Source of the DNA: Hypanus sabinus
Lineage: Eukaryota
DNA: 64,000 nucleotides
Reading direction: 5' to 3'
Assembly: GCF_030144855.1 (NCBI RefSeq)
Contig: NC_082714.1
Location: 56,110,001 to 56,174,000, forward strand
Part shown: piece by piece, positions 13,335 through 25,047 of the stretch
Layout of the letters: every line of letters starts with the position of its first letter
Numbering within the stretch: the stretch's first letter is position 1
Notes under the pieces: generated by a model
The model's input: only the letters and a program-made list of their open reading frames with translations
Databases searched by the model: none
Told to the model about the DNA's origin: nothing
Made by a program: the position numbers and the translations under genes

Positions 13335-14170
13335 TGTTACGAATGTGCCACAACTCTGAGGGGCCGAAGGGGACGAAGTCGCCCCCTCCTTTTTGAGAAT
13401 CGCAAGATCGCTATTAATTCGTGTCTGTGACCCAGGAAATGAGAGAGAGAATCCAAAAGGTTTGAAATGTGTCCTGGCCTCAGCGAAACAAAGCCACTGA
13501 TTTTGGAGACGGAATTGTGTATTGAGTACTGTACTTTTCACTGAAGCCCCTCAGGGGATGACCAGAGTGGGCTGGTGGAGGGATTGCATCATCCCAACCT
13601 GACTGACATCTGAGACCCCGTGAGTAAGGATAAAAGAGGGTCTGGGGAATAGCTCCTTCAGACGCACTGGAAGAAACGCTCAAAATCCTGTAACAGCGTT
13701 TAATAGCGAAAGCCGGTGGAAAGCCACGTATGTCCTTTTCAATTTGCCTCGGAATTGGCGGGCCTTGCCACAGGAGAACGGCTTCAGCTAAAGGAGAGGC
13801 CACGAGTGAGCGGCCACACCAACGGGACTCCCGACGGATCAAAATCATAAAAGGAAAAGCCGGCAAATTCTTCTCCCAAAAATATCTCTCTCTCTCCAAC
13901 CAAAGGCTGCAGCCTGCATGAACTGAGTAACTTTTATATTTCCATCGGACAATACATTATCCCCTAGACAACGATAGAGCTATTTCTTATTGATTATTAT
14001 TATACCCACACTTTTAGATTTAGTATTGACGACGTACATCATCTGTATGTTTGCATTGATATTATTTTTGTGTATTTTTACAAATAAATACTGTTAAAAA
14101 TAGTACCATCAGACTTCAATGGACCTCTCTATCTTTGCTGGTAAGTGACCCAGTTACGGGGTTCGTAACA
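13335..14170 (+). mobile_element. Solo LTR, 836 bp
   Basis: Perfect 9-bp terminal inverted repeat TGTTACGAA/TTCGTAACA; perfect 4-bp TSD GTAT (13331-13334, 14171-14174); GATAAAAG TATA-like motif and AATAAA; interrupts a Rex/Babar 3' tail. Confidence 0.92.
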
Positions 14171-16679
14171 GTATTGCAATGTACTTTTGCTGCAAAACAA
14201 AAAAAATTTACACCATATGCCAGTGACATTAAACCTGATTCTGAAACACGCACAAAATGCTGGAGAAATTCAGCAAGTCAGGCAGCATCAATGGAGGGAA
14301 CCTCTTCTTTTTGGTGCTGTGCCCTTCTCCTCAGACAGGGGAATATTTCTCCTACAATTGCCCCATTAAGCCATCTAAGAACCGTGTGTTTCAATTAGAT
14401 CGTCTCCCGTTCTTCTGTATTTTAGAGAATAGATGCAAACAAACCTCAACTCTAATGTGGATTACAGAGCTGCCATCCCAGGAACTAGTCTGATGAATTT
14501 CTGCAGCGCTCCCTCAGAGTACGTTTCCAAGCAAACTCACCTACAAATGCCTAAACCTGGGTATCAAAATTGCAAATGGATCTTTGATCATGACTGACAG
14601 TGATAAGTAGGAAAAGGCATCAACTCTGGTGGCCATAAGGCTGTGTCCACAGCCCTCAACTTTTTCCCTTACACACCCACAACTGTGTGGCCAGGTCCTG
14701 CTCCAACTCCATTTACAAGGTTGTAGCTGATGCTTGGGCAGTATCTCAAAATACAATGAGCTGGAGTGCAGGAAGTGGATAGAGAGCCTGGTGGCATGGT
14801 ATCTTGGCATCACTCTTTCCCTCAATGTTAACAAAACCGCTGATCATGGCTTCAGGAAGAGGGTTGTGCACACCAACAGTGCTGAGGTTGAGACAGCTGA
14901 AAGCCTCTAGAAGTGAACAATAGACTGAACTAGTCCGGCTGTGTAGGTGCTATGTCCAAGAAAGTGCATTAGCACCTGTACTTCCTCAGAAGGCTAAGAG
15001 AATGTTCTTTGACCTTTGACCTTTGTTGCATATTTAATATTTCAGTAATATTTGAGAAATATAATCCAAAACTTTTGACTGTTGTTTTTGTTTTATAATC
15101 ATAATTTTTTTTTAAAAAAAGCAGAAATGGCTGGCTACACTGGAAAGAGAGATGCATTTGATTGCACAAAAGGTAACTGGGTGATGTATACAGAAAGATT
15201 TGAGCAGTATTTTGAAGTAAATGGAATAGCTAATGAGAAACAAATGACAGTGTAACTGAGTGCAGTAGGTGAAAAAGCATACGGTTGGCTTAGAAGATTG
15301 TCTGCTACCAAACCAGTCGAAATGTGTTTTGTTGATACTAGGAAGGTAATGCAGGAACAAGTACAGTAATGCTGAAACCACTGTTGATTGCAGAACACTT
15401 TAGGTTTCATAAATGGGATCAAAAGGAAGGAGAGTCGATTTCAGCTTACATGGCCTGATTGAAGAAATTGTCTGAGCATTGGCAGTTCAATAATAGTCTT
15501 AAAGATGCTATGAGAGATCATTTAGTTTGTGGAATCTTGCAAGAAAGCATTCAAAATGGCCTCCTAACTAAAGCACAACTCTCATTTAAAAGAGCAGTTG
15601 AAATCGTTGTGTCAATGGAAACTGCCATCAAAGACACGATTGGGTTGCAATCAGAAATACACATGAGCGTGAACAAAAGTGTAACTTCTGAACAGGAACC
15701 TTCCTGGCTGAACAAATTGCATTACCATTGTGGCAGAGGCTCACATACACCAGACAACTGCCGGGTTAAAGACAAAGCTTACAGAAAATGCAACAAAGTA
15801 GGGCACATACAAAGAGCATGACAGGAAGACAAAAAAATAACTGGACTGCACAGGGAAGAGGAAAAGAAAAAGTCAAGTTGCAGTTTCAAACAGAGCACTA
15901 ATCTGCACGCTGTTGATGAAAAATCTGCTAGTGATGAGAGTGACACAGGAATGACTAGCCTTGAGACTTACAATGCAAAAACTAACAAGAGACAAACAAT
16001 ATGGCTTACACCAGAAGAGAATAGCAAATTAATTCAAATGAAATTGGACATTGATTCAACTGTTACAATTATTCCACAAAATGAGTTTGAACAGCATTTC
16101 AAATATACTGAACTGAAGCCTGAAGATATCGAATTAAGAACCTATACTGGAGAAGAGATCATTCCTGAGGGAATGACATTTGTAACAGTGAAATACAACA
16201 ACCAACAAGCCACTTGGGCTTGTATGTGGTATAACAGGAGGGCAGGAATTAAGGGGGCATGATTCACTGAAACATCTACAACTTGATTGGAGATCCATCC
16301 ACCATTTGCATGCCACATGTCCTGCAATAGAGTCAACTGAAAGCGAATTAAGAAAGTTACTGAATGATGCTACAGAAGAGTTCAAGGATGGCATTGGAAA
16401 ATTCAAACATATCAAGGGTAAAATAATATTAAATGAAAATGCCAGACCCAAGGTTTACAAAGCTCATCTGTCACATGGAGACATGGAGACTGGACCCAAA
16501 TGCAGGACACAGGCACTGAAGTACTAGGGGCAGGACAGGAACAACTAAAGGATAGAACAAGATGGGGAGACCATGGCATGCAAAGGTGATCCTGGGGTTC
16601 AGAGAGAGTTCTTGGCGAAGGCAGGATCTCGGCTAGGCTAGAGGATGGGTCCATGGGACAAGGAATGCTGGGAGGATAG

Positions 16680-16904
16680 TGATGCACCATCAATAACTCT
16701 CGGAGACGTGAGGCGAGATATAGGCTTTTATTGGCTGGAAGAAAGAACAAACAGCAATTGACCACCACACTACATCCTGGAAACTGAGGACGGGGCTGTG
16801 TCTCCAATTGCTGTTATACCGGGGTCCAGGGGAGGAGCCACAGGAGCAGTCAGCAGGGGGGGGGGGGGGGGGCGTGTCCAGACAGGTATATGTAGTTCAC
16901 CACA
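16680..16904 (-). repeat. 3' LTR of Gypsy C
   Basis: TG..CA; preceded on - by the polypurine tract AAAG(n)AGTGAA at 16905-16925. Confidence 0.95.
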
Positions 16905-19900
16905 TTCACTCCCCCCCCCCCCTTTGTTTTAAAAGAGAGTCCCCATGGGTCGAAATTTCTTACAAGTATATTTACAGGTTAAGTCTATCAGGTGGTCGAA
17001 TCTGTCGCTGCGATCTACGTAGCACCGGTGGTGATTGCACCAGAGACAGTGGTTGTGCTGGTTCCGGCCTAACTGGAGGTGTCAGCCCACTAGGCGTCAG
17101 TGATCCCTCACGCGTGTGCGAGGCGCCTGGTATATGCGCGTACGAGACACCCGGTATAGGAGTGTTGTGAGGAGTCTGTGTCGGGCTTGGTGTGCGCAGT
17201 GTCACCTCGGGTACAGGGTTCATAGTTACCGTGGAGTGTTCGGGGTAGTGGTCTGCTGCTCCTGCGGGCGCCAGGTCGCGGATGGAGACCGTGTCCTCCC
17301 GCCCATCAGGTAAGACCACGTAGGCATACTGGGGGTTCGCATGAAGTAGGTGAACCCTCTCGACCAGCGGGAAGTATTTATTGCTCCGCGCATGTTTCCA
17401 GAGCAGCACTGGCCCTGGGGACGTCAGCCAAGCCGGTAGGGTGGTCCCAGTGGCAGACTTCCTGGGAAAAGAAAATAGGCGCTCATGAGGGGTGGCATTG
17501 GTGGACGTATATAACAGAGAGCGGATAGAGTGGAGTGCCTCGGGGAGGACCTCCTGCCATCAAGAGACCGGCAACCCTTTTGACTTAAGGGCTAAAAGTG
17601 TGGCCTTCCACACTGTGGCATTCTCCCTCTCCACCTGTCCATTTCCCCGGGGATTATAGCTCGTGGTCCTTCTAGTAGCAATGCCCCTAGCCAGCAGGTA
17701 CTGGCGCAGCTCGTCACTCATAAAGGAGGACCCTCTATCACTGTGGATATAGCAGGGATATCCAAACAGTGTGAAGAGCTGGCAGTGGTGTCGGGGCAGG
17801 GGATGGCAAAGGGGAACCGCGGGCACTCGTTGATAATGTTGAGAAAGTAGACATTGCAGTCGGTGGAGGGAAGGAGGCCCTTAAAGTCAACACTCAGTTG
17901 CTCAAAGGGGCAGGTGGCCTTGATAAGTTGCACCTTTTCAGGACAGTAGAAGTGCGGTTTGCACTCAGCTCAGACTTGGCAGTCCCTGGTCATCTCCTGA
18001 TGTCCTCAAGGGAGTAAGGCAGGTTCCGGGCTTTCACGAACTAGTAAAATCGGGTGACCCCCCCCGGGTGGCAAAGATCTGCATGGAGGGCATATAGCTG
18101 GTCGAGCTGTGCGCTGGCACACGCTCCCCAGGATAGGGCATCAGGGGGCTCATTGACCACCGCAAAATCTTATCATTTTTGATTTTGCCCTGCTGTTGGT
18201 TGCTGAACATGAATGCAAATGAGCCGGCGAGATAGTGCCTCCAGTGCCTAATAGCTTCCACTATGGCCTGGGCTTCTTCCTCCACCGCGGAGTGCCGAAT
18301 TTCAGGGCCTTGAAGGGTACGAGAAAAGAATGCTACTGGCCTGCCTGTCTGATTGAGGGTAGCAGCCAGCGCGAAATCGGAGGCGTCACTCTCTACTTGG
18401 AAGGGAATGGTCTCATCCACCGCATGCATCGTTGCTTTGGCAATGTCCCCTTTAATGCGGCTGAAGGCTGCGCGGGCCTCAGCAGAGAGGGGAAATGTGG
18501 TAGACTTGACCGGGGGCGGGCCTTGTCTGCGTAATGGGGGACCCATTGGGCGTAAAAGGAAAAGAAGCCCAGGCACCCTCTGAGGGTGGTGGGAAAAGGG
18601 AGTTCTAAGAGCATATGGTCGGGATCAGGGCCAATGACCCCGTTCTCCACGACATACCCAAGGATAGCGAGTCGGGTGGTTCCGAACACACACTTGTCCC
18701 TGTTATAAGTAAGGTTCAGGGCTTTGGCCACTTGGAAAAATCATTGGAGGTTGGCGTTGTGATCCGGCCAGTCGTGACCACAGATGTTATCCAGATAGGG
18801 AAAAGTGGCCTTCAGTTGGCACTGGTCCACCATCCGGTCCATTTCCCTCTGGAAGACAGAGACACCATTTGTGACACCAAATGGGACGCGCAGGAAGTGA
18901 TAGAGCCTGCCGCCCGCCTCGAAGGCAGTATAGGGGCGGTCCTCTGGGCGGATGGGGAGCTGGTGATAAGCGAATTTCAGATCTATTGTCGAGTACACCT
19001 TGTACTGAGCTATCTGATTGACCATATCCGCGATGCAGGGTAGGGGGTACACGTCAAGCTGCGTGAACCTATTGATGGTCTGGCTATAGTCCACGACCAT
19101 CCTATTTTTCTGCCCGGTCCGAACAACAACCAACTGGGCCCTCCAAGGACTTGTGCTTGGCTCAATGATCCCCTCCCTGAGCAGCCACTGCACCTCCAAC
19201 TGAATGAAGGCCCTGTCCCCCACACAGTACCTCCTGCTTTTAGTTGCCACAGGTTTACAGTCGGGGGTCAGGTTGGCGAACAGCATTGGGGGAGGGATCT
19301 TGAGGGTGGAGAGGCTGCAAGTGGTGTCAGTAGCGCAGCTGTCGGCATGGTGCTGGGTGGGATGTGTGGGTCGGTGTGGTTGTGTGGTCAGTAGCGGGGT
19401 ATATGACGAAGTCCCATAAAACTGAGGATTCCTGACAGTGAGTGGTGGGAGGGGCCCGTCATATGCCATAGTCACACTTTCGAGGTGGCTCTGGAAGTCC
19501 AGCCTCAATAGCACAGGCACGCACAGTTGAGGCATGACCAGTAACGCAAAGTTCCGATATTCTGTGCCCTGCACCACCAATGTCGCTACACAACCCACCC
19601 GGGTGTCTGTGGAATGCGACCCAGAAGCCATGGTGACCCTGTGGCTTACCGGCCGTGTCACGAGTCCGCAGTGTTGCACCGTGTCCGGGTCAATAAAACT
19701 CTCAGTTCTGCCTGTGTCAAACAGGCAGCTAGTCCTGTGCCCCTCTACCAGGATGTCCATCATTGACCTTGCAAGCTGGTGTGGGGCACTTTGATCAAGG
19801 GTTACGAAGGCCAGAGTTGAACCGCCGTCTTGGTGCCCGGCAAGCACCGGTGGGTCGGGGGTGGGGCGAGGTGGCGCCGACAAAGATGGCTGCCCCTATG

Positions 19901-20859
19901 TCTCACACAAGGCGGGCAGGCAAGACGGCCGCCCCCATCCAGGCAGGCAAGATGGCGGCCCCCATGCCTCACACAAGGTGGGCAGGCAAGATGGCGGCGA
20001 TCAAGATGGCTGTCCCCCATGCCTCACACACGGCACTGCCCGACCCCGCTCGTGGTTTAGACTTACAGACCTTGGCGAAAGGGCCCTTCTTTCCGCAGCT
20101 GGAGCAGGTCACTTCTTGGGCCGGCTACGTTTTCGGTGGTGCTTTTCAAGTCCGCAGAAGTAACACCGTGTGGACTTGCGACTGGCAGCAGCTGTGGTCG
20201 GTTTCGGGGAGATCGTGGACTCGCGACTGGCAGCAGCGGTGGTGAATTCACTCGCGGGCAGCGGGGTCTGCAGCAACCATGGAACCGGCGGGGGATTGCG
20301 TGGTTGGACAGTGTCAGCGTTGTGCAGAGCAGCCTCCAGCATGTCGGCCGTCTCGTTCGCCAAGCATAAGTAAGATCGGCATTTTCCAGCAGCCACTGAT
20401 GCACATACACTGACCTGATCCCTGTAACGAAGTCGTCTCTTACCAGCAGCTCTGAATGTTGTTCCACCGTCAGTCCCTTGCAATCGCAAGTTCGCACGAG
20501 TGTCTGTAGGGCTCGGAGAAACTGCCCGCTCGACTTGCCGGGTCGCTGCCGCTGTGTCGCTATGTAATGTCTTGCGTAGATGGTGTTCACCGGCCACAGG
20601 TACTGTCTTTTAAGGGTGTCCAGTGCCCCTTGGTAGGTCGCCAGGTCTCTGATAAGGGAGTAAACTTTCGGGGTGACCCTCAAAAGGAGGATTCTGTGCA
20701 TAATAGCAGGCTCAGTCACGGGAATCTGTTCCAAGTATGATTGGAAGCATGCAAGCCAGAGTTCAAAGTCAAGAGCTGCTTCTGAATCTTGAGGATCAAT
20801 GTTCAGTTTTTCCAGACATAAAATGCTTTCCATGTTTTAAAACTTCCAGCCAATAAAAT

Positions 20860-21084
20860 TGATGCACCATCAATAACTCTCGGAGACGTGAGGTGAGATA
20901 TAGGCATTTATTGGCTGGAAGAAAGAACAAGCAGCAATTGACCACCACACTACATCCTGGAGACGGAGGCCGGGGCTGTGTCTCCAATCGCCTTTATACT
21001 GGGGTCCATGGGAGGAGCCACGGTCAGTGGGAGGAGCCACAGGAGCAGTCAGCGTGTCCAGACTGGTATATGTAGTTCACCACA
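20860..21084 (-). repeat. 5' LTR of Gypsy C
   Basis: Direct repeat of 16680-16904; TATAAA and AATAAA on -. Confidence 0.95.
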
Positions 21085-22128
21085 GATAGCCCCCTGGGCA
21101 GGCCGCATAACTTCTGGGCTGGGCCCGGCCTCCCAGGCAGGAACACAGGGGCCTGGGCAGGTCACAGAGCACCTGGGCAGGGCACAACCCATCAGAGGTG
21201 AGGGGTAGAAAAGGGTCAGAGTCCCCCCACCAGGCAATAGCAGCCCAGCCTGCTTGCCCAACAGAGGCAAGGATCGGAAGGGAGCTCAGTCCAGGGTGAC
21301 TACAAGAACAGACTTACAGAACTAGATGATTAACAGTGGGTACTCCAAACTGGGGTCAAAACGGGATAGACAGGCAAACAGCAGGACCAGCACATAGAAG
21401 ACAAACAGAGGAACAGGACAAAACAGAACAACCCCCCCCCCCCCCCCCAACTGGTCTCAGTCCCAGAGTCCCTTATATACACTTGCTAGCTGATAGGTGC
21501 GCCTCCTTAAGCCAAGATGATCCTATTTGGGCTTAAGGGTGAAAGGAGGGATGGCTACAAGACCCGGAGTCCAGAGTCTGCGGACCGGATCAAGACTCGG
21601 AATGCGGGCTCCGGACCAGACCATAACATCATCTGGTTCCTTATACCATTCATGATAAAATATCCAGTGAGTTAGATCACAGAGAGGCTGAAGGAATTCT
21701 TTTTAATGTTGAGTGGAGCCCATGCGCATTGCCAGTGGTTCTAGCAGCCAAGAAAGATGTGTCTATCAGGATCTCTGGTGTTGATGATCACCCCAGTACT
21801 GAAAGTAGATCAATACCCTCGGCTCAGGATGGGGGATATCTTTGCAAACCTTTCTAGAGAAAAACACTTCAGCAAAGTGGACAAAGCTGAGGCCTGCCTA
21901 CAGAAGGACGGGAGTAGAGTCCAAAGTGTTTCTCACCATAATCACTCACAAAGGGTTTTATCACTATAATAGGCTTATTTTTGGAGGAGCGTCTGCACCT
22001 GCACTCTGGCAGAAAGCTATGGACCAGGTGCCCTATGGTGTTCAGGCACTCGGTGTTACCAGCAATGATAACAAGGAACATATCTGAAATCTCAAGGCAG
22101 TGTTAAAACGACTATAAGATTATGGGCT

Positions 22129-22709
22129 TTGGTTTTTTGGGTGAGACAGATATACGTTTGAGTTCGACTCAGTGTTGAATATTATCTTTTGCTTCTCTCC
22201 TGTCTAGACGTTTAATCCTCCTGAGATGGAGAGATGTTGCCCCGCCCACGCATGCTCAATGGCTTAATGATATTATGTCCTGTTTAGACCTTGAAAAAAT
22301 TCATTATTCAATTCTTAATTCAGATATAAAGTTTCATAAGGTCTGGGGACCTTTTATTGAGTACTTTCATAACTTTCCTCTTAATTAAGGTTTTTTATCA
22401 GTCCCTTACTTTCAGCTCTTTTTTTGGTAGTAGGCATTATTATCTTCTGTTTTCAAGTGTATTTACAGTTTTGGGGGTTTGAATGTCCTGATTTATATTC
22501 TCTATATTGTGTTGTGGGTGGGCTGGAGTTTTTTTTTGTTGTGGGGCTTGGGGACGATACTAACTTTACATGACTTCAATTTGGGTGCTTTCTCAATGAT
22601 CTTTTTTGTATTATATTATTATTGTATGTTTATTTTGCACTGTATTAATTTTTTATTTTGGTTTTCTATTTGTAGTGTTGTAGAAAATGCATTAAAAATC
22701 AATTAAAAA
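22129..22709 (+). mobile_element. 5'-truncated L1 inserted in Gypsy A RT
   Basis: ORF2 C-terminus LLRWRDVAPPTHAQWLNDIMSCLDLEKIHY..KVWGPF; A-tail; flanks AAGATTATGGGCT/AAGATTATAGTCT (TSD 11/13). Confidence 0.8.
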
Positions 22710-23690
22710 AAGATTATAGTCTCAGAGCATGATGCAACAAGTAAAAATTCTTCAAACCAAGCAACGCTTACAGTGGTCATACCATTGATGCATAAAGATC
22801 TACAAAAGTGTGCTGAGAATATTCAAGCAGTGGTGGGATGCCCCAAGGCTAAGGGACATGTCACAGTTGCAGTCCTTTTTAGGATTGTCAATTATTGTAG
22901 AAGGTTCCTGCCAAATCTGTTTTACTGTGCTCCACCCCTTGAGCTCATTACCACAGATCAGGAAGAAATGGTAATGGACAAAGCAGTGTGAGCTGGTTTT
23001 CCAAATGACAAAGTAAATGGTGACACGAGACATTATACTCATAAATTATGATCCACATCATCCACTGAAGTTTGCCTTACGGCATGTGCAGTCATGCCAT
23101 ATGTTATGAGTGATGGAAGTGAATGCCCCCTAGTCTTTATATCACGTTCCCTTACCATTGCAGAGAAAAACTACATAGAGATTGATAAAGGCCTTGAGTC
23201 TGGTTTGAGGAGTAAAACATTTGAGTCTGTATTTGTATGGAAGTTTAACCTCATTACTGATCATCAGCCACTGGTGTCCATTTTCAATCCACAGAAGGTG
23301 ATCCACTAACAGCAGCAGCACGATTGCATGGATGGGCTTGGTTTCTCAGAGGACATAATTACAAGATCGAATTCAAGAAGATGACTAATCATGGAAATGC
23401 TGACGAATTATTTCATTTCCCCTTAGAAAAGGAGATCCTGAAAAATTTACAAAAGAGGACAATTCACTTGACATATTCTCCTCAAAGTAAGTTGAAGGTC
23501 TCGCTGTTTCAACAGAGATGACCCAAAGGAAAACCAGTAAGGGCCCCACACTGTCTCAGATCTACACAGCAAACTAAAATATCAGAAATGCGCAGGAGAA
23601 ACTCTATTTACCTTATTTTCACCAGCACCAGGAAAAATTTGTCCTTGACAGAGGTTGCCTTAATTAGTGCTTGAGAGTTGTTGTACCAAC

Positions 23691-23912
23691 TGTGGTGAAC
23701 TACATATACCTGTCTGGACATGCCCCCCCCCCCCCCCGCTGACTGCTCCTGTGGCTCCTCCCACAGACCCCGGTATAAAGGCGATTGGAGCCTGAGCCCC
23801 GGCCTCAGTCTCCAGGATGTAGTGTGGTGGTCAATTGCTGCTTGTTCTTTCTTCCAGCCAATAAAAGCCTATATCTCGCCTCTCGTCTCCGAGAGTTATT
23901 GATGGTGCATCA
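23691..23912 (+). mobile_element. Solo LTR of the Gypsy C family
   Basis: Reverse complement of the C LTRs; perfect 5-bp TSD CCAAC (23686-23690, 23913-23917); TATAAA at 23774, AATAAA at 23860. Confidence 0.95.
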
Positions 23913-25047
23913 CCAACCAAGCTGAGAGCTAAAGCGTTGGAGGAACTACATGCTGGTCATCTAAGGCTGGTCAGAATGAAAGCATTGGTCCGAAGCTTTG
24001 TCTAGTGGTCTGGGATAGATCAGCAGCTCGAACAGCTTGCCATGCACTGTTCAGCATCTCTCCATCTCTGGGAATGGCCTGCATTGCCCGAGCAGAGGGT
24101 TCATGTGGAAGTCCTGGTGTCCTGGTGAGGGACTACAAAAGTGATCAAAAGTGGGTACTTAGGAAGATTAAGCACAGAACTGGACCACTCTCCTGCATAG
24201 TGGAGATTGTGTCTGATATCATCTGGTGATGGCACATCGATTATCGATTACCTATGGGTTAAATGTAAAAGTACGTGAATGGCATGCGTCATCACGCCAC
24301 CGTGTCCTAAGGGCACACCTCACTAAAAGTAAAATGAAACCAAGAGTAGATACGTTATTCCCAGCTCTTTGTTTCCCTTTTGATTTGTTTCATGGAGTTA
24401 CAACCCTCATCGATTTTTATCAGTGTGCCATAGTCAGTATCCTATCCAGATGCACCGGGGCTTGGTACGGCAACTGCTCTGGCTAAGGCCACATGAAACT
24501 GCAGAGAGTTATATACACAGCTCAGCACATTGCAGTAACCAGACTCCCCTCCATAGACTCTTATCTATAATTCTTGCTTCCTCAGGAAAGCATCCAGCCA
24601 CATTGAATCAGCCCGGATATTTCTTTCTTCTCCTCTTTCATTGGGCAGAAGGTACAAAAGTCTGAAAGCACGTACCACCAGGTTCAAGGGCAGCTTCAGC
24701 TCCACTGTTATAAGCTATTAAACGGTTCCCTAGTATAAGGTGGACTTTTGACCTCACAATCTATCTCATTTTAGCCTTGTACATTATCATCTGCCTGTAT
24801 CGCAGTATTGTCTGCCTGATTGCAACACTTTATTCTGCACTGCTATTGTTTTCCCTTGTGCTATCCTCTTGTAATGAAATGATCTATATGGATGGAATGC
24901 AGGTCAAAGTTTTTCACTCTATCTCAGTACTTGTGACAATAATTTACTAATTATTACTCTTTGGCTCCCCCCCCCCCAACCCAAGTCCACATTTAATACA
25001 TTTTGGTTGTTTAAAATAAACTCATCAAAATATCAAAAGTAAACTAA

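Larger units (their letters stand above)
16680..21084 (-). mobile_element. Near full-length Gypsy/Ty3 LTR retrotransposon C (4405 bp), frameshifted
   Basis: Two 225-bp LTRs; perfect 5-bp TSD GATAG (16675-16679, 21085-21089); gag from ATG 20833 with Cys/His knuckles; protease LFDTG; RT YLDN; RNase H VESDASD; integrase HSDRGSSF..GQVERE; order PR-RT-RH-IN. Confidence 0.96.
16469..21628 (-). mobile_element. Solo-LTR-like element B (~750 bp net), itself interrupted by Gypsy C
   Basis: TG...CA ends with perfect 5-bp TSD TCATC (16464-16468, 21629-21633); removal restores Gypsy A pol KVYKAHLVPYTI; TATATAA on - near 21473-21479. Confidence 0.85.
15024..24402 (+). mobile_element. Gypsy/Ty3 LTR retrotransposon A (K02A2.6/Mag-like), decayed and interrupted three times
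   Basis: gag with CCHC knuckles (HCGRGSHTPDNC, KCNKVGHIQRA); protease MKLDIDSTVTII; RT VDQYP..YNRLIFG; RNase H SDGSECPLVFISRSL..LITDHQPL; integrase H2C2 LEELHAGH; TG..CA ends with ACCTT/ACCCT flanks. Confidence 0.85.
14600..24955 (+). mobile_element. Rex/Babar LINE 3' part, split by the 15024-24402 insertion
   Basis: Left piece ends HLYFLRRLR (~15000); right piece resumes TLIDFYQCAIVSILSRCTGAWYGNCS (24403 onward); these motifs are contiguous in the family. Confidence 0.75.

Noticed and set aside
11789-14170. A single TRIM-like element bounded by two LTRs
   Set aside because: Each LTR has its own TSD, and the spacer has no PBS or polypurine tract
19880-20035. CRISPR-like array
   Set aside because: Eukaryotic retroelement context, no unique spacers, no cas genes
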